IMG/VR virus record: IMGVR_UViG_3300031857_000181
Coordinates: 1 to 61,206 of that record
DNA length: 61,206 bases
Direction: 5' to 3' (one strand)
Source: a virus
Lineage: Duplodnaviria > Caudoviricetes
Shown here: positions 40,041 to 50,059 of the stretch, one piece after another
Position numbering within the stretch: the first letter of the stretch is position 1
Layout of the letters: each line of letters starts with the position of its first letter
The notes under the pieces: generated by a model
What the model was told of the DNA's origin: nothing
The model's input: the letters and a program-made list of their open reading frames with translations, nothing else
Database searches by the model: none
Translations under genes and position numbers: made by a program

Positions 40041-40209
40041 TTAATTTACTGAATTTTGGCTCTCCTTTGTAAATGTTTTCAACCTCATAAGCATTTTTAC
40101 CATATTTTTTGTCATATCTCCATATTTGGATTATATCTCCACAATCAAGGACATATTCATATTTGGTACTTTCTGTTTTTGGTGTTTCCACATTTTGTTT
40201 CTTTGCCAT
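40024..40209 (-). CDS. Hypothetical protein
   Basis: Tightly follows the AsnRS-like gene. Confidence 0.6.
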   Translation of the reverse strand: MAKKQNVETPKTESTKYEYVLDCGDIIQIWRYDKKYGKNAYEVENIYKGEPKFSKLKKGSN

Positions 40210-40211
40210 AA

Positions 40212-41045
40212 TTAAGCTACTTCTGTACTAAGTTTTTTTTGAAGATTCAATTCATACGCTCTTGCCAATCTGGTCATACCACAACCCCAACCAAATCTTG
40301 GGAAGAAGTCCAAAGATAAGAATTCTTCCAATTCTTTTTCTACTCTTTCCTTACCAAATAATTCAAAAAGTTTAGCTGAATAGTTTCCTCCTTCAATTGT
40401 GTAGAACATTTCCTTCATTCCTTCTTTGTCACAAGAACGTTCAGCTGAACCAATTGTCTCTTGTCCGAATAAGATAACATCAACCTTTTGGAATTTGTCA
40501 CCTTCACCCTTTTGCATATTCCAGAATGGGTTTGTTCTTAGTGGGAAGTTCTGAAGTGAGATTGAATCACCGATTTCATTCCACATTTTTGTTTCGTGTT
40601 CAGCTTCAAGGATTTCTGTTCCGTATTTTTCACAAAGTTCATTGTAGTCGGCAACAGTCGGAACATCAAAACCAAGATATTCTAACATTTCTGCTTGAAG
40701 TTTAACCATATCTTCTTTTGTACCTTTAGTTTCCACTTCAAACATCGGGAAGATTAAATCATGACGACCAGGGATTGGTGTTTTCTCTTGTCTATAAGAT
40801 GTTGAGATACAATACACACCAGGATATTCAGGGTTTTTAAGTAGTTCATACTCCAACCACATTTGACCTGTTTGAGGTAAAGGCCAAATCTGTCCTGAAT
40901 ATTCAAATTTAGTGATTGAGTGTGGGTTTTCACACGCTGCAAGGATTGACAATCTTGATTGTGTTGGTACTTCCAAGAATCCTTTTGATTGGAAGAAGTT
41001 TCTCATTTTCTGAACTAACTCGTTGTAGATTTTTGTGTTTTTCAT
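40212..41045 (-). CDS. Class II aaRS (Asn/Asp) catalytic-domain-only protein; probable asparagine synthetase-type enzyme
   Basis: Motif 1 RNFF..KGFLEVPT, motif 2 SYRQE...RH..F.M.E.E, ETIGSAER, motif 3 FGWGCGMTRL; no anticodon-binding domain. Confidence 0.8.
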   Translation of the reverse strand: MKNTKIYNELVQKMRNFFQSKGFLEVPTQSRLSILAACENPHSITKFEYSGQIWPLPQTGQMWLEYELLKNPEYPGVYCISTSYRQEKTPIPGRHDLIFPMFEVETKGTKEDMVKLQAEMLEYLGFDVPTVADYNELCEKYGTEILEAEHETKMWNEIGDSISLQNFPLRTNPFWNMQKGEGDKFQKVDVILFGQETIGSAERSCDKEGMKEMFYTIEGGNYSAKLFELFGKERVEKELEEFLSLDFFPRFGWGCGMTRLARAYELNLQKKLSTEVA

Positions 41046-41074
41046 TTTTTAATTTTAATGTTTATTGGTTAATT

Positions 41075-41148
41075 ATAAAAAAAAATCCCCCTAATGACAA
41101 GGAGGATTAGATTTATCTTTTTAATATGTTGTATAAGTTGATGTCCAT
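41075..41148 (-). promoter_or_regulatory. Leader peptide (MDINLYNILKR) plus terminator hairpin upstream of the AsnRS-like gene
   Basis: ORF 41148-41113; AATCCTCCT/AGGGGGATT stem followed by T9. Confidence 0.5.
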
Positions 41149-41217
41149 TATTTTTACTTTTAGGAATAAATACAAATAAATTTTAAAAAAGACATAATTT
41201 AACTAAAAATTTAATAA

Positions 41218-41236
41218 AACTGACAAATTGTCAGTT
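41218..41236. promoter_or_regulatory. Palindromic operator-like site upstream of dnaK
   Basis: AACTGACAA-A-TTGTCAGTT with perfect 9-bp arms. Confidence 0.55.
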
Positions 41237-41333
41237 AAATTTTAATTGGTTTAATTTTTATCAATTGTTTTATGAATTATGGATTGACACCATAAGAAAT
41301 AAAACATATAATTAAACAAAAAACATTTAAATT

Positions 41334-43193
41334 ATGAGTAAAATTTTGGGTATAGACCTAGGGACTACAAATTCGTGTGTAGCAATTATGGAAAATGGTG
41401 AACCAGTGATTATCACCAATTCAGAAGGTAAAAGAACTACCCCATCTATTATTGGATTTATAGATGGTGGTGAAAGAAAGGTGGGGGATCCTGCAAAAAG
41501 ACAATCAGTAACAAATCCTGAGAAGACAATCTATTCAATTAAACGATTTATGGGCTCAAATTATGACGAAATTAAGTCTGAGGTTAAGAGAGTACCATAT
41601 AATGTCACAAAAGGGAAAAATAACACTCCTAAAGTTAAGATTGATGGTAAGGAGTATTCCCCGCAAGAACTTTCGGCTATGGTTTTACAGAAAATGAAAC
41701 AAACTGCTGAGGATTACTTGGGTCAAACTGTAACTGATGCGGTTATTACAGTACCCGCATACTTCAATGACGCTCAAAGACAAGCAACAAAGGAGGCTGG
41801 AGAGATTGCAGGACTAAATGTTAAACGTATTATCAATGAACCAACCGCAGCCGCATTAGCTTACGGACTTGATAAGAAGAATAAAGACTCCAAAATCGTT
41901 GTTTTTGACTGTGGTGGTGGTACTCATGACGTTTCTATCCTTGAATTGGGTGGAGGTGTGTTTGAAGTATTGTCAACAGATGGGGATACTCACCTTGGAG
42001 GTGATGATTTTGACAATGCAATCGTTGATTGGTTGACATCTGAGTTCAAAAATGACAATAATGGATGGGTTGAGGATTCTATGGCGATTCAACGACTTAG
42101 AGAAGCATCTGAAAGGGCTAAAATTGAACTTTCATCATCTCAAAGTACTGAAATCAACTTACCTTACTTTATGGTAATTGAAAATCAACCAAAACACTTA
42201 GTTAAAACACTAACAAGATCCAAATTTGAACAATTAATTGACAAATTGGTTGAAAGAACAATTGAACCTTGTAAATCAGCACTAAAAAACGCTGGATTAA
42301 CAACAAAAGATATCGATGAGATTATTTTGGTTGGAGGTTCAACAAGAATTCCCGCAATTCAAGAAGCGGTTAAGAAATTTTTTGGAAAAGAACCATCAAA
42401 AGGAGTAAATCCTGATGAAGTTGTGGCTTTAGGTGCTGCTATTCAAGGTGGGGTGTTAGCTGGTGATGTAAAAGATGTCCTTTTATTGGATGTTACCCCA
42501 CTTTCACTAGGTATTGAGACAATGGGAGGTATTATGACTAAATTAATCGATGCAAACACAACAATTCCAACCAAAAAGTCACAAATTTTCTCTACTGCCG
42601 TAGATAATCAACCATCTGTTGAAATTCACGTATTACAAGGGGAAAGACCAATGGCGAAAGACAATAAAACCATTGGAAGATTCCATTTGGATGGTATTCC
42701 GCCATCAATGAGAGGTATTCCACAGATTGAAGTGACATTCGATATTGATGCAAACGGTATTATCAATGTATCGGCACTAGATAAGGGTACAAATAAACAA
42801 CAAACCATCAGAATTGAATCATCTTCAGGTTTATCCCAAGAAGAAATCGATAGAATGAAGAGAGAGGCTGAAGAAAACGCTGAAAGTGATAAGTTGGTTA
42901 AAGAAAAAGTTGAGAAAATCAATGAAGCTGATAATGTAATATTCAATATTGAAAAGACATTAAAAGATTTGGATGAAAAAATTGGTGAACCTCAGAAGGA
43001 TGAAATAAAAAGTGGTATTGAGCTACTAAAAGAAGCTAAAAATTCAGGGGATGTAACCAAAATAAATGAAGCTCTTGATAATGTTAATACTAAAATGCAA
43101 CAAGTTACTCAGGAACTCTATAGTAATGTAGGACAGACTGAAAACAGTGAAGGATTTACAGGTTCAGACGTTGAATTTGAAGAAGTTAAATAA
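41334..43193 (+). CDS. dnaK: Molecular chaperone DnaK (Hsp70)
   Basis: [48 protein letters not shown]-terminal DVEFEEVK. Confidence 0.98.
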   Translation: MSKILGIDLGTTNSCVAIMENGEPVIITNSEGKRTTPSIIGFIDGGERKVGDPAKRQSVTNPEKTIYSIKRFMGSNYDEIKSEVKRVPYNVTKGKNNTPKVKIDGKEYSPQELSAMVLQKMKQTAEDYLGQTVTDAVITVPAYFNDAQRQATKEAGEIAGLNVKRIINEPTAAALAYGLDKKNKDSKIVVFDCGGGTHDVSILELGGGVFEVLSTDGDTHLGGDDFDNAIVDWLTSEFKNDNNGWVEDSMAIQRLREASERAKIELSSSQSTEINLPYFMVIENQPKHLVKTLTRSKFEQLIDKLVERTIEPCKSALKNAGLTTKDIDEIILVGGSTRIPAIQEAVKKFFGKEPSKGVNPDEVVALGAAIQGGVLAGDVKDVLLLDVTPLSLGIETMGGIMTKLIDANTTIPTKKSQIFSTAVDNQPSVEIHVLQGERPMAKDNKTIGRFHLDGIPPSMRGIPQIEVTFDIDANGIINVSALDKGTNKQQTIRIESSSGLSQEEIDRMKREAEENAESDKLVKEKVEKINEADNVIFNIEKTLKDLDEKIGEPQKDEIKSGIELLKEAKNSGDVTKINEALDNVNTKMQQVTQELYSNVGQTENSEGFTGSDVEFEEVK

Positions 43194-43195
43194 AT

Positions 43196-43226
43196 AAAAA
43201 ACCCTCAACTATTCGTTGGGGGTTTC
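43196..43226. terminator. Terminator between convergent genes
   Basis: AAACCCTCAAC..GTTGGGGGTTT. Confidence 0.65.
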
Positions 43227-43505
43227 TTCTTTTTGTTCCTCAGTTTTCTTTTCTTTTTGTATTTGGTGTATAATGTACCCTGAAATTGCGAATTCAACTC
43301 CCGCCCACATAATTAAATCAGTCATAGTCAATGATGAATGTTTTTCTAAAAGGAAGAAAATCATACCCCATTGAGCGACAGCAAATGCAACACCTGACTC
43401 AATTCTTTTTTTAGAAAAGAATGATGGTTTTGTAGAATACATATTTGTAATTTCTTTGAAAAACCATTTAATGTTTTCCCATCCGAAGAATAGTTTAGTT
43501 TTCAT
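43209..43505 (-). CDS. Small membrane protein
   Basis: FSKKRIES motif followed by two hydrophobic segments. Confidence 0.65.
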   Translation of the reverse strand: MKTKLFFGWENIKWFFKEITNMYSTKPSFFSKKRIESGVAFAVAQWGMIFFLLEKHSSLTMTDLIMWAGVEFAISGYIIHQIQKEKKTEEQKEETPNE

Positions 43506-43534
43506 TGTGTTTTTATTATAAATACCTTAAAAAG

Positions 43535-43566
43535 AAAAAGAGGACGTAGCGATGTCCTCTTTTTTT
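43535..43566 (-). terminator. Intrinsic terminator
   Basis: AAAAAGAGGAC..GTCCTCTTTTT. Confidence 0.8.
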
Positions 43567-43613
43567 GTTACCATAACTAGTAACGGTCCTAAAAGTCCTC
43601 CTAAGAGGTTAGA

Positions 43614-44141
43614 TTATTCTCCTTTAACTAAAGCTAAGCATCTTTTTAGATATTCTTTAGTTCTTGGGGATGGAGTGTATTCATCATCTTTTGTTTGAAG
43701 ATTTAAAACTCTTTCAATATCTTTAACAAGTTCAGTTCCATGTTCATTTTCTTTGTAAAGTTCGATGATTTTATCCATGGCTTTATTACACTGTCCTGAT
43801 GTCTCATCATAATAGTTTTTATTTCTGAACTTATCCAAATGGTGCATCATATTATAAGCCAAATGTGCTCCACCGTCTTTAACATCTTTAAATAATCTTA
43901 TGTTGTTAAGAATTCCCAAAGTATCAACCATTGAGTTTACCCCAAGTTTTCTCTTATTAACACCTGGAGCATAATCAATATATTCATCGGCAGTTCCGAC
44001 TATTTCATCCAACGGAATTACATTTCCTGCAACACATCTTGGTTTGTTTTTTTTCTCATCAATTTCAGGACTCATGTCCTCGTTTACAATCCTTCTAAGT
44101 GTTTTACGTATTTCAGATTCTTTCACGATAATATTTTTCAT
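43614..44141 (-). CDS. Hypothetical protein with MKNIIVKESE peptide
   Basis: Tag-like N-terminus; TATTTAT upstream. Confidence 0.7.
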   Translation of the reverse strand: MKNIIVKESEIRKTLRRIVNEDMSPEIDEKKNKPRCVAGNVIPLDEIVGTADEYIDYAPGVNKRKLGVNSMVDTLGILNNIRLFKDVKDGGAHLAYNMMHHLDKFRNKNYYDETSGQCNKAMDKIIELYKENEHGTELVKDIERVLNLQTKDDEYTPSPRTKEYLKRCLALVKGE

Positions 44142-44181
44142 AAATTTTTTTCTTTATAAATATGTCGTAGAGGAATAAATT

Positions 44182-44406
44182 TTACTGTAGAATATCATTA
44201 TCATTTGGTTTATTTTCTTGATTTGTTTTTTTATCTGGTAACATTTGTAATAACCATATGTCAAATATCAAAAAATAAATCCACCATGTTAACAAACTTA
44301 CATCATGGGATTCAGGATATTGTGATGTCATAATGAATAGATAGAATATTTTTGAGAATACAAATATTCTTATTAATGTATAAAAAATTGCATAAATGTA
44401 GTACAT
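44182..44406 (-). CDS. Small two-TM membrane protein
   Basis: Two hydrophobic stretches. Confidence 0.55.
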   Translation of the reverse strand: MYYIYAIFYTLIRIFVFSKIFYLFIMTSQYPESHDVSLLTWWIYFLIFDIWLLQMLPDKKTNQENKPNDNDILQ

Positions 44407-44464
44407 ATTATTTTTAGATGGTTTTATATTAATGATAGGTAATATTTATAAAAAAAGAAAAGAT

Positions 44465-45091
44465 ATGGAACAAAATATAGATAGATTAATAAAAAAAGTT
44501 CTCAAAGAAACAGTAAACCCATCAATGAAGTTAACCGAATCTTGTTTGATTTCTGAGGATTTAAAATATCATTTGGAAAATAGAATACCATTAAATGAAA
44601 ACATATTTAGAATATACTCAGACAAATACTTCAAGCTTATTAATGAAGTGAGAAATTTATTTAATGAAGGTAAAATACGATTAAATGATGAAGATATTTG
44701 GTTAGTAGAATCCGATTTAGGTAAAAAGGTATTATTGGAAAATGGTGATGAAGTTTGGTTAGATGCTCCAATGTATGAAGAAGAAGTTGAGGAATTATTG
44801 TCTGAAGCTAAACATAGAGGAAAAAATGTTAAATTAAATTCACCATTCAGAACACCTGGAGGTCCAAAGAAATTTGCAGTATATGTTAAAACACCAAAAG
44901 GGACAATCAAGAAAGTTACATTTGGTGATCCCAATCTTAAAGTAAGAAATAGAAATCCTAAAGCGGCAAAATCATTTAGGGCGAGACATAATTGTGCCCA
45001 AAAGAAAGATAGAACTATGGCTGGGTATTGGAGTTGCAATGTGGGGAGACATGCTAAGAAATTAGGGCTTAAAAGTTCAAAATCTTGGTAA
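44465..45091 (+). CDS. Conserved large-phage hypothetical protein
   Basis: Basic C-terminal domain KKFAVYVK..VTFGDP..SFRARHNC..AGYWSC; start reassigned. Confidence 0.75.
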   Translation: MEQNIDRLIKKVLKETVNPSMKLTESCLISEDLKYHLENRIPLNENIFRIYSDKYFKLINEVRNLFNEGKIRLNDEDIWLVESDLGKKVLLENGDEVWLDAPMYEEEVEELLSEAKHRGKNVKLNSPFRTPGGPKKFAVYVKTPKGTIKKVTFGDPNLKVRNRNPKAAKSFRARHNCAQKKDRTMAGYWSCNVGRHAKKLGLKSSKSW

Positions 45092-45360
45092 TGGAAAACC
45101 TACCATATCAACAACAAATAATTGACAATAAAAAACTAAGAATATTCTCTCCAAACGTTGATTCAGACGAACTGAAATGGCATCGTGACAGAGAGAATAG
45201 ACTTGTTGAGGTATTGGAAGGGGAAAATTGGTATCTACAAATGGATGATGAACTACCTAAGAGGTTGACAGTTGGAGAAAAATATTATATACCGATAGGG
45301 GTTTATCATAGAGTAATAAAAGGTGATTCTAATCTTAAGGTTCTGATTTCCATATTATAG
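45091..45360 (+). CDS. Cupin-like protein
   Basis: WHRD.E, IP.GVYHRVIKG. Confidence 0.7.
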   Translation: MENLPYQQQIIDNKKLRIFSPNVDSDELKWHRDRENRLVEVLEGENWYLQMDDELPKRLTVGEKYYIPIGVYHRVIKGDSNLKVLISIL

Positions 45361-46171
45361 TTAAATTACTATACGGTGTTATATTCAATTTCGGATTTTG
45401 TAATTCAAATTCAAAAACAAATTCACCGTCTTCCCTATCAACATGAAAATCATAATCGGAATAATCCTCAACTGAATTTAAAAGTATTACTGAGTCACTA
45501 ATATACATGATGTCCAATAATGATTCGTCAAAAACATCCCCTTCTTCCATTTTTTTCATTTTATCAATAATTTCAGGATTATAGGTTAAATAATTTTGTC
45601 TTTCGATTAAAACAGTATCGGTGGTTTCAATATTACCTGAACCACCACATTCATCACAAGAGATGTAACCATTATCACAATATTGACAATGTTCATCACC
45701 AGTACCGTGACAAGTGTCACATTCTAAAGTTCCACCACCTTGACAGGTATCACAAGATTCACCTTCGGAATCTTCACCATCACCACCACAATCATCACAA
45801 TCAGTATTACCTTTACCACCACAATCACGACAAGTTTCTTCCCCAGTTCCGTGACACACATCACAATTAATTAAACCATCATCACATTGATCACATTTTT
45901 TTGTTGGATTATGTTCTTCGATATACGATAATCTAAACGCAGTCAAAAATTTATTTACCGCATCATATAAGTCCTCAATATTTGGATTTTCTTTGAATTT
46001 TGGAACCAAAAAACTATATAACGCAATATCCTTACCTTTTAACATTGAATTAAATGCCGGCCTCATTTCAGGATTAGTTATTAATGCGTAATAAACATCT
46101 TTAGGTGTTGCATTACTCGAATAAAACTTATGTGTTTTTTTGATAAAATTTAATAATCTTGATTTTTCCAT
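45335..46171 (-). CDS. DnaJ-type zinc-finger repeat protein (no J domain)
   Basis: Eight CxxC(xGxG) repeats. Confidence 0.8.
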   Translation of the reverse strand: MEKSRLLNFIKKTHKFYSSNATPKDVYYALITNPEMRPAFNSMLKGKDIALYSFLVPKFKENPNIEDLYDAVNKFLTAFRLSYIEEHNPTKKCDQCDDGLINCDVCHGTGEETCRDCGGKGNTDCDDCGGDGEDSEGESCDTCQGGGTLECDTCHGTGDEHCQYCDNGYISCDECGGSGNIETTDTVLIERQNYLTYNPEIIDKMKKMEEGDVFDESLLDIMYISDSVILLNSVEDYSDYDFHVDREDGEFVFEFELQNPKLNITPYSNLTIIWKSEP

Positions 46172-46188
46172 ATTTTTTTTTTGATATG

Positions 46189-47220
46189 TTATTTATAATA
46201 CCTATTCAAAGCATTCTGTGTTATAAATACATATTCTGTTTCTTTAAATTCTTCCAAAGTTCTTGAGTTGGTATAAGACATTGCTGACTTTAAGTAGTCT
46301 TCAAAGTTTTCAATCCATTTTTCCATTGTATATTCAACCTTATTATACTTAACAATACCCTCCGATGTTGTTAATTTCTGTTTCCCCCACTTTTTCTGAA
46401 CTTCTTTGGTACTCATACCCCTGAATTTCTTAAACATAAATCTCCTCAAAAATTTAAGGTTATCCCACATATATTTTGACGTTGATTTATTCAATGGAAT
46501 TAGTTTTCCAATATAAACTGGGGAACAAGATTCAAGGGATTTGTTTAAAACCCCACCTAACATTACATAATCAGCACCTAGTGCCAATGCTTTGATTATA
46601 TCATCATAATTTCTGAACCCACCATCGGCAATAATGTTAGTATGGTAGTTTCTTTTCTTTTTGATTTGATAACATTCTGAAATTAGGGAAGCCATTGGGT
46701 AATGTATTCCGGTATTTGCTGATGTAAGACAACCAGATCCTCCACCAATACCAACTCGGACATAATCAACCCCCAATTCAGCAAACTTTTCATAGGTTGT
46801 GGGATTAGCGATATTCCCAACCATCAATTTATGATTTGTTTTGATTTCATTAACAAAATATTTGCATAAATCATATAATTTTGTCATATGACCATTGGCA
46901 ATATCAACCAATATTTTGGTTTCAATGGGTTCTACTTCAAAATGTTTGTGTATCCTAACCATTGACTCAAATTCTGTCAAAGATATTGATATAAACCCAT
47001 CATATTCATTTGGAATTAATCTTTCGTTTCTTGGTAAACACACTTCCATTTTCATATCTGAGAATACGGAATAGTTACTATAATCAATAACCGTGTCCAT
47101 TGGACTAACAATTATTGGTAATTTGTTGTTTGAATTTTTAATATCAATCTCATTTCTTGATGAAATTGAGGAGAGGGTTTCAGGGACTAATGTAATGTCT
47201 TTAAAATCGAATTTTCGCAT
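46189..47220 (-). CDS. GMP reductase / IMP dehydrogenase family protein
   Basis: SPMDTV, DIANGH, RVGIGGGSGCLT, IIADGG, KALALGADYVMLG, FRGMS, SEG, SAMSY. Confidence 0.9.
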   Translation of the reverse strand: MRKFDFKDITLVPETLSSISSRNEIDIKNSNNKLPIIVSPMDTVIDYSNYSVFSDMKMEVCLPRNERLIPNEYDGFISISLTEFESMVRIHKHFEVEPIETKILVDIANGHMTKLYDLCKYFVNEIKTNHKLMVGNIANPTTYEKFAELGVDYVRVGIGGGSGCLTSANTGIHYPMASLISECYQIKKKRNYHTNIIADGGFRNYDDIIKALALGADYVMLGGVLNKSLESCSPVYIGKLIPLNKSTSKYMWDNLKFLRRFMFKKFRGMSTKEVQKKWGKQKLTTSEGIVKYNKVEYTMEKWIENFEDYLKSAMSYTNSRTLEEFKETEYVFITQNALNRYYK

Positions 47221-47275
47221 AAGATTATTGAGGTTTGTTTACAACAATTTAAAGAAAAAAAACAACTAAGACAAA

Positions 47276-47899
47276 TTATTTCTTAAACCTTTCTGATAAC
47301 TTAATTAATAAATTTTTAATCAGAATACTACCGATGGTTAATCCACCAAAACCAGTTATCATGGTTACAATTTCATCTAAATCAACATTTTCAAACATTC
47401 CTGTTTTTATTGATTCATATAACATTGGTAAAATGGGTATAATGAATGTATAACTCATCATATTAACCATAGAATGACTTGTTGTCGCCAAACTTTTGAT
47501 AAATTCACTGAAAACATTATAAAACTCATCGCTTTTCTTCAGTATTTTCTCAAAATATTTACCTAAACCCTGTTCTTGTATTTTATTATATAAATTGTTA
47601 AGAACTTTTTTATTATTTGTGTAATATGTTGCAATTAACGATGTAATAATTAAACTAAGTTCAATATCATTTAAGTCAGGAAATTGTCCTTTTATATATT
47701 CGGTGATTGGTCCTATAAAACCAGCTATACCTGCCCCCCACGTCATCATAAATTGGAGATTCATTCCAATCTGTTCTGATGCTGACTTGATAATTTCTTT
47801 TATATTTTTCAAACTGTCTTTGAAAAAAATTCCGATTTGTCTCAAAACATTTTCGGTTATTAATATTTTAGTTTGTGATTCTGTAATTATTATCTTCAT
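47276..47899 (-). CDS. Hydrophobic helical protein with MKIIITESQ peptide
   Basis: Tag plus several hydrophobic helices. Confidence 0.7.
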   Translation of the reverse strand: MKIIITESQTKILITENVLRQIGIFFKDSLKNIKEIIKSASEQIGMNLQFMMTWGAGIAGFIGPITEYIKGQFPDLNDIELSLIITSLIATYYTNNKKVLNNLYNKIQEQGLGKYFEKILKKSDEFYNVFSEFIKSLATTSHSMVNMMSYTFIIPILPMLYESIKTGMFENVDLDEIVTMITGFGGLTIGSILIKNLLIKLSERFKK

Positions 47900-47933
47900 A
47901 ACGTATAATTATTATTAATAAATATTCAAACTT

Positions 47934-48206
47934 ATGGAAAGTCCAAAATTAAAAATCGGTGATATAATAATGTTAATATACATGGAAGATCCAAACCCTG
48001 TTGATACGATGAGTCTTGGTGTGGTTCGTACAGGAGCTATATCCGTATTTGGTGATGATCAATATGATGTTAATTGGGAAGACGGAAGAAAATTGGCGAT
48101 AATATCAGGTGTTGATAGGTGGGAAACTGAAAAAAGTTTAATAGATAAAGGAAATGAAAAATTACTTAGAGTTATGAGAAGAAAACTTGAGAATTTTAAT
48201 AAATAA
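47934..48206 (+). CDS. Hypothetical protein (DUF4314-like)
   Basis: GD.I.L..M.DP, G.V, V.W.DG..L. Confidence 0.55.
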   Translation: MESPKLKIGDIIMLIYMEDPNPVDTMSLGVVRTGAISVFGDDQYDVNWEDGRKLAIISGVDRWETEKSLIDKGNEKLLRVMRRKLENFNK

Positions 48207-48237
48207 ATAAAGATATTTATATAAAAACAACAAAATT

Positions 48238-48666
48238 ATGAGTGCATATTTTTTTAAGGTAACACCTGAAGACAGAACAAATATTTTAGATCAACATAAA
48301 CAAGTGTATGATGGGTTTGTCACATCATATGGACAACAGATTAATCAACAACCATTATATGTCCAAGATTATGCTAATGATAAAGGTGGTTTGGTTCTTA
48401 ATAATAAAGGAGAAGTTAAACTATATTCCAATATGAATATTAATGAATCAATGGAATATAATGAGGAAGATGAATTTGATTTAACTGATAAAATTGCTGA
48501 TGGTGATGACGATTTTGAACATGGCACATTTGAAGATGAGGATGAATCCGAATTTGGTGATATTAATCTTTTTGGTTTAGAGGGAATTGATGAAGAAGAA
48601 ATGGAACCTCTACAAGAACAACTTAATAAAACATTGGATATGTTTAAACGCTTTAAAAATTACTAA
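48238..48666 (+). CDS. Acidic hypothetical protein
   Basis: IL.QHK motif; C-terminal LQEQLNKTLDMF resembles tag type B. Confidence 0.7.
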   Translation: MSAYFFKVTPEDRTNILDQHKQVYDGFVTSYGQQINQQPLYVQDYANDKGGLVLNNKGEVKLYSNMNINESMEYNEEDEFDLTDKIADGDDDFEHGTFEDEDESEFGDINLFGLEGIDEEEMEPLQEQLNKTLDMFKRFKNY

Positions 48667-48672
48667 TTACAA

Positions 48673-49473
48673 ATGGTAAGTAATAAACCATATACTATAA
48701 GTAAGAGTAAATTATTGATGTTATTGGGGGAACAACAATCTCAAGATATACAGTTTGTTGATGAATGCGGGAAATCAAAGGTTTTAAAATCAAATTCTTC
48801 AGAGTATCAAAAATTATATTATAGTTCAGAATTCAAAAAATATGAGTGGAAGAATGGTAAGTACGTTGTCAATAATACAAAGATTTGGCCTGAGTGGAAT
48901 AATTTAACTCAAACACAAAAAGACCTTAAATTAAGGGCTAGATGTTCAGGAAAATATTCAGAAGAACCAAATTTAATATCGACAGGGGTATCAGAATTAA
49001 TAGGTAATGCTAGTGAATTTTTACACACATTCGGAGACTATTTATCGATTGCTGCTGACTTTATAATACCAGGATCTGGTGCGGTTATAGATGCTTTGAA
49101 TACATTAGCATATTTGTTCGAGGCTAGTTTAGCGACAGATTCTCAAAAACAAAATGAGTTATATCTCATGGCGGCAGTTGCTGGAGTTTTTATAGTTTTA
49201 CCTGGACCTGCTCAATCATTTGCACCTGCGATTAAAAAATACATAAAAACAAAAGTGATGACTAAATTAGTTGAGGGTGCGTTAAGATCGTTATTCGGAT
49301 ATGTTGATAGAATGGTTATTGGATTACAAACTGCGGTATCAAATGCTGTTAAATCCCCATTAGCGAAAACAATATTGGGTAGTTTCTCATTGAATAGTAT
49401 CAATAACGTAATAAGTAATTTATCAACTACGGTTAAAAATATAATAAACAGAGTTTTACCTAAAACTAATTAA
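48673..49473 (+). CDS. Hypothetical protein with amphipathic/TM helices (possible virion protein)
   Basis: AADFIIPGSGAVIDALN..LMAAVAGVFIVLPG. Confidence 0.65.
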   Translation: MVSNKPYTISKSKLLMLLGEQQSQDIQFVDECGKSKVLKSNSSEYQKLYYSSEFKKYEWKNGKYVVNNTKIWPEWNNLTQTQKDLKLRARCSGKYSEEPNLISTGVSELIGNASEFLHTFGDYLSIAADFIIPGSGAVIDALNTLAYLFEASLATDSQKQNELYLMAAVAGVFIVLPGPAQSFAPAIKKYIKTKVMTKLVEGALRSLFGYVDRMVIGLQTAVSNAVKSPLAKTILGSFSLNSINNVISNLSTTVKNIINRVLPKTN

Positions 49474-49489
49474 TATATTTAAATATATC

Positions 49490-49780
49490 ATGGAAATTAT
49501 AGAATTAGTATTATTCCATATTAACTATTTTTCAAATGTTCTGGAAGTATCGTTCAGGATGAATATGGATACTGAAGATGAAATAAGATACGACAAAATA
49601 TATTTTGATGAAATTAAGGATTTTGGATTTGATTTTATTCCTGAATCTAATGAGGAGTACGATTTAAATGGTGATTACTATGAAGAAGATGATAAAATCG
49701 ATGAAGATGAAATCATAACGTTTTTAAATGAATATTATGTTGTATTTCCGGATAAATTACCTAAAACAGAATTTTATTAA
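49490..49780 (+). CDS. Acidic hypothetical protein
   Basis: Packed operon ORF. Confidence 0.65.
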   Translation: MEIIELVLFHINYFSNVLEVSFRMNMDTEDEIRYDKIYFDEIKDFGFDFIPESNEEYDLNGDYYEEDDKIDEDEIITFLNEYYVVFPDKLPKTEFY

Positions 49781-50034
49781 TGAAATTAGATATTGATTCC
49801 ATTATGGATTTAATGAGGGAATATACACCCAAAAAAGATGTTGATGGCGAACTTGATGAACAAGACGCAGCACCTGCCGGAGGAGCCGATTCAGGTGGTG
49901 GCGATAAACCTGAATATCCCACGGTAACAAAATGGGAAACTGGGGTAACAAGAGGTCCTGCAAATCAAATTGGTTTAACTAAATGGAGAGATATTGTAAA
50001 AATAACTAGAGGTAAAGCAAACACTTTACTATAA
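49780..50034 (+). CDS. Hypothetical protein with KW....TRG.AN repeats
   Basis: KWETGVTRGPANQ / KWRDIVKITRGKAN. Confidence 0.7.
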   Translation: MKLDIDSIMDLMREYTPKKDVDGELDEQDAAPAGGADSGGGDKPEYPTVTKWETGVTRGPANQIGLTKWRDIVKITRGKANTLL

Positions 50035-50059
50035 TGAAATATTTATTAATAAAAGTAAA

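Noticed and set aside
40212-41045. Functional asparaginyl-tRNA synthetase (asnS)
   Set aside because: It lacks the N-terminal OB-fold anticodon-binding domain.
45335-46171. dnaJ
   Set aside because: No J domain or HPD motif; only zinc-finger repeats.
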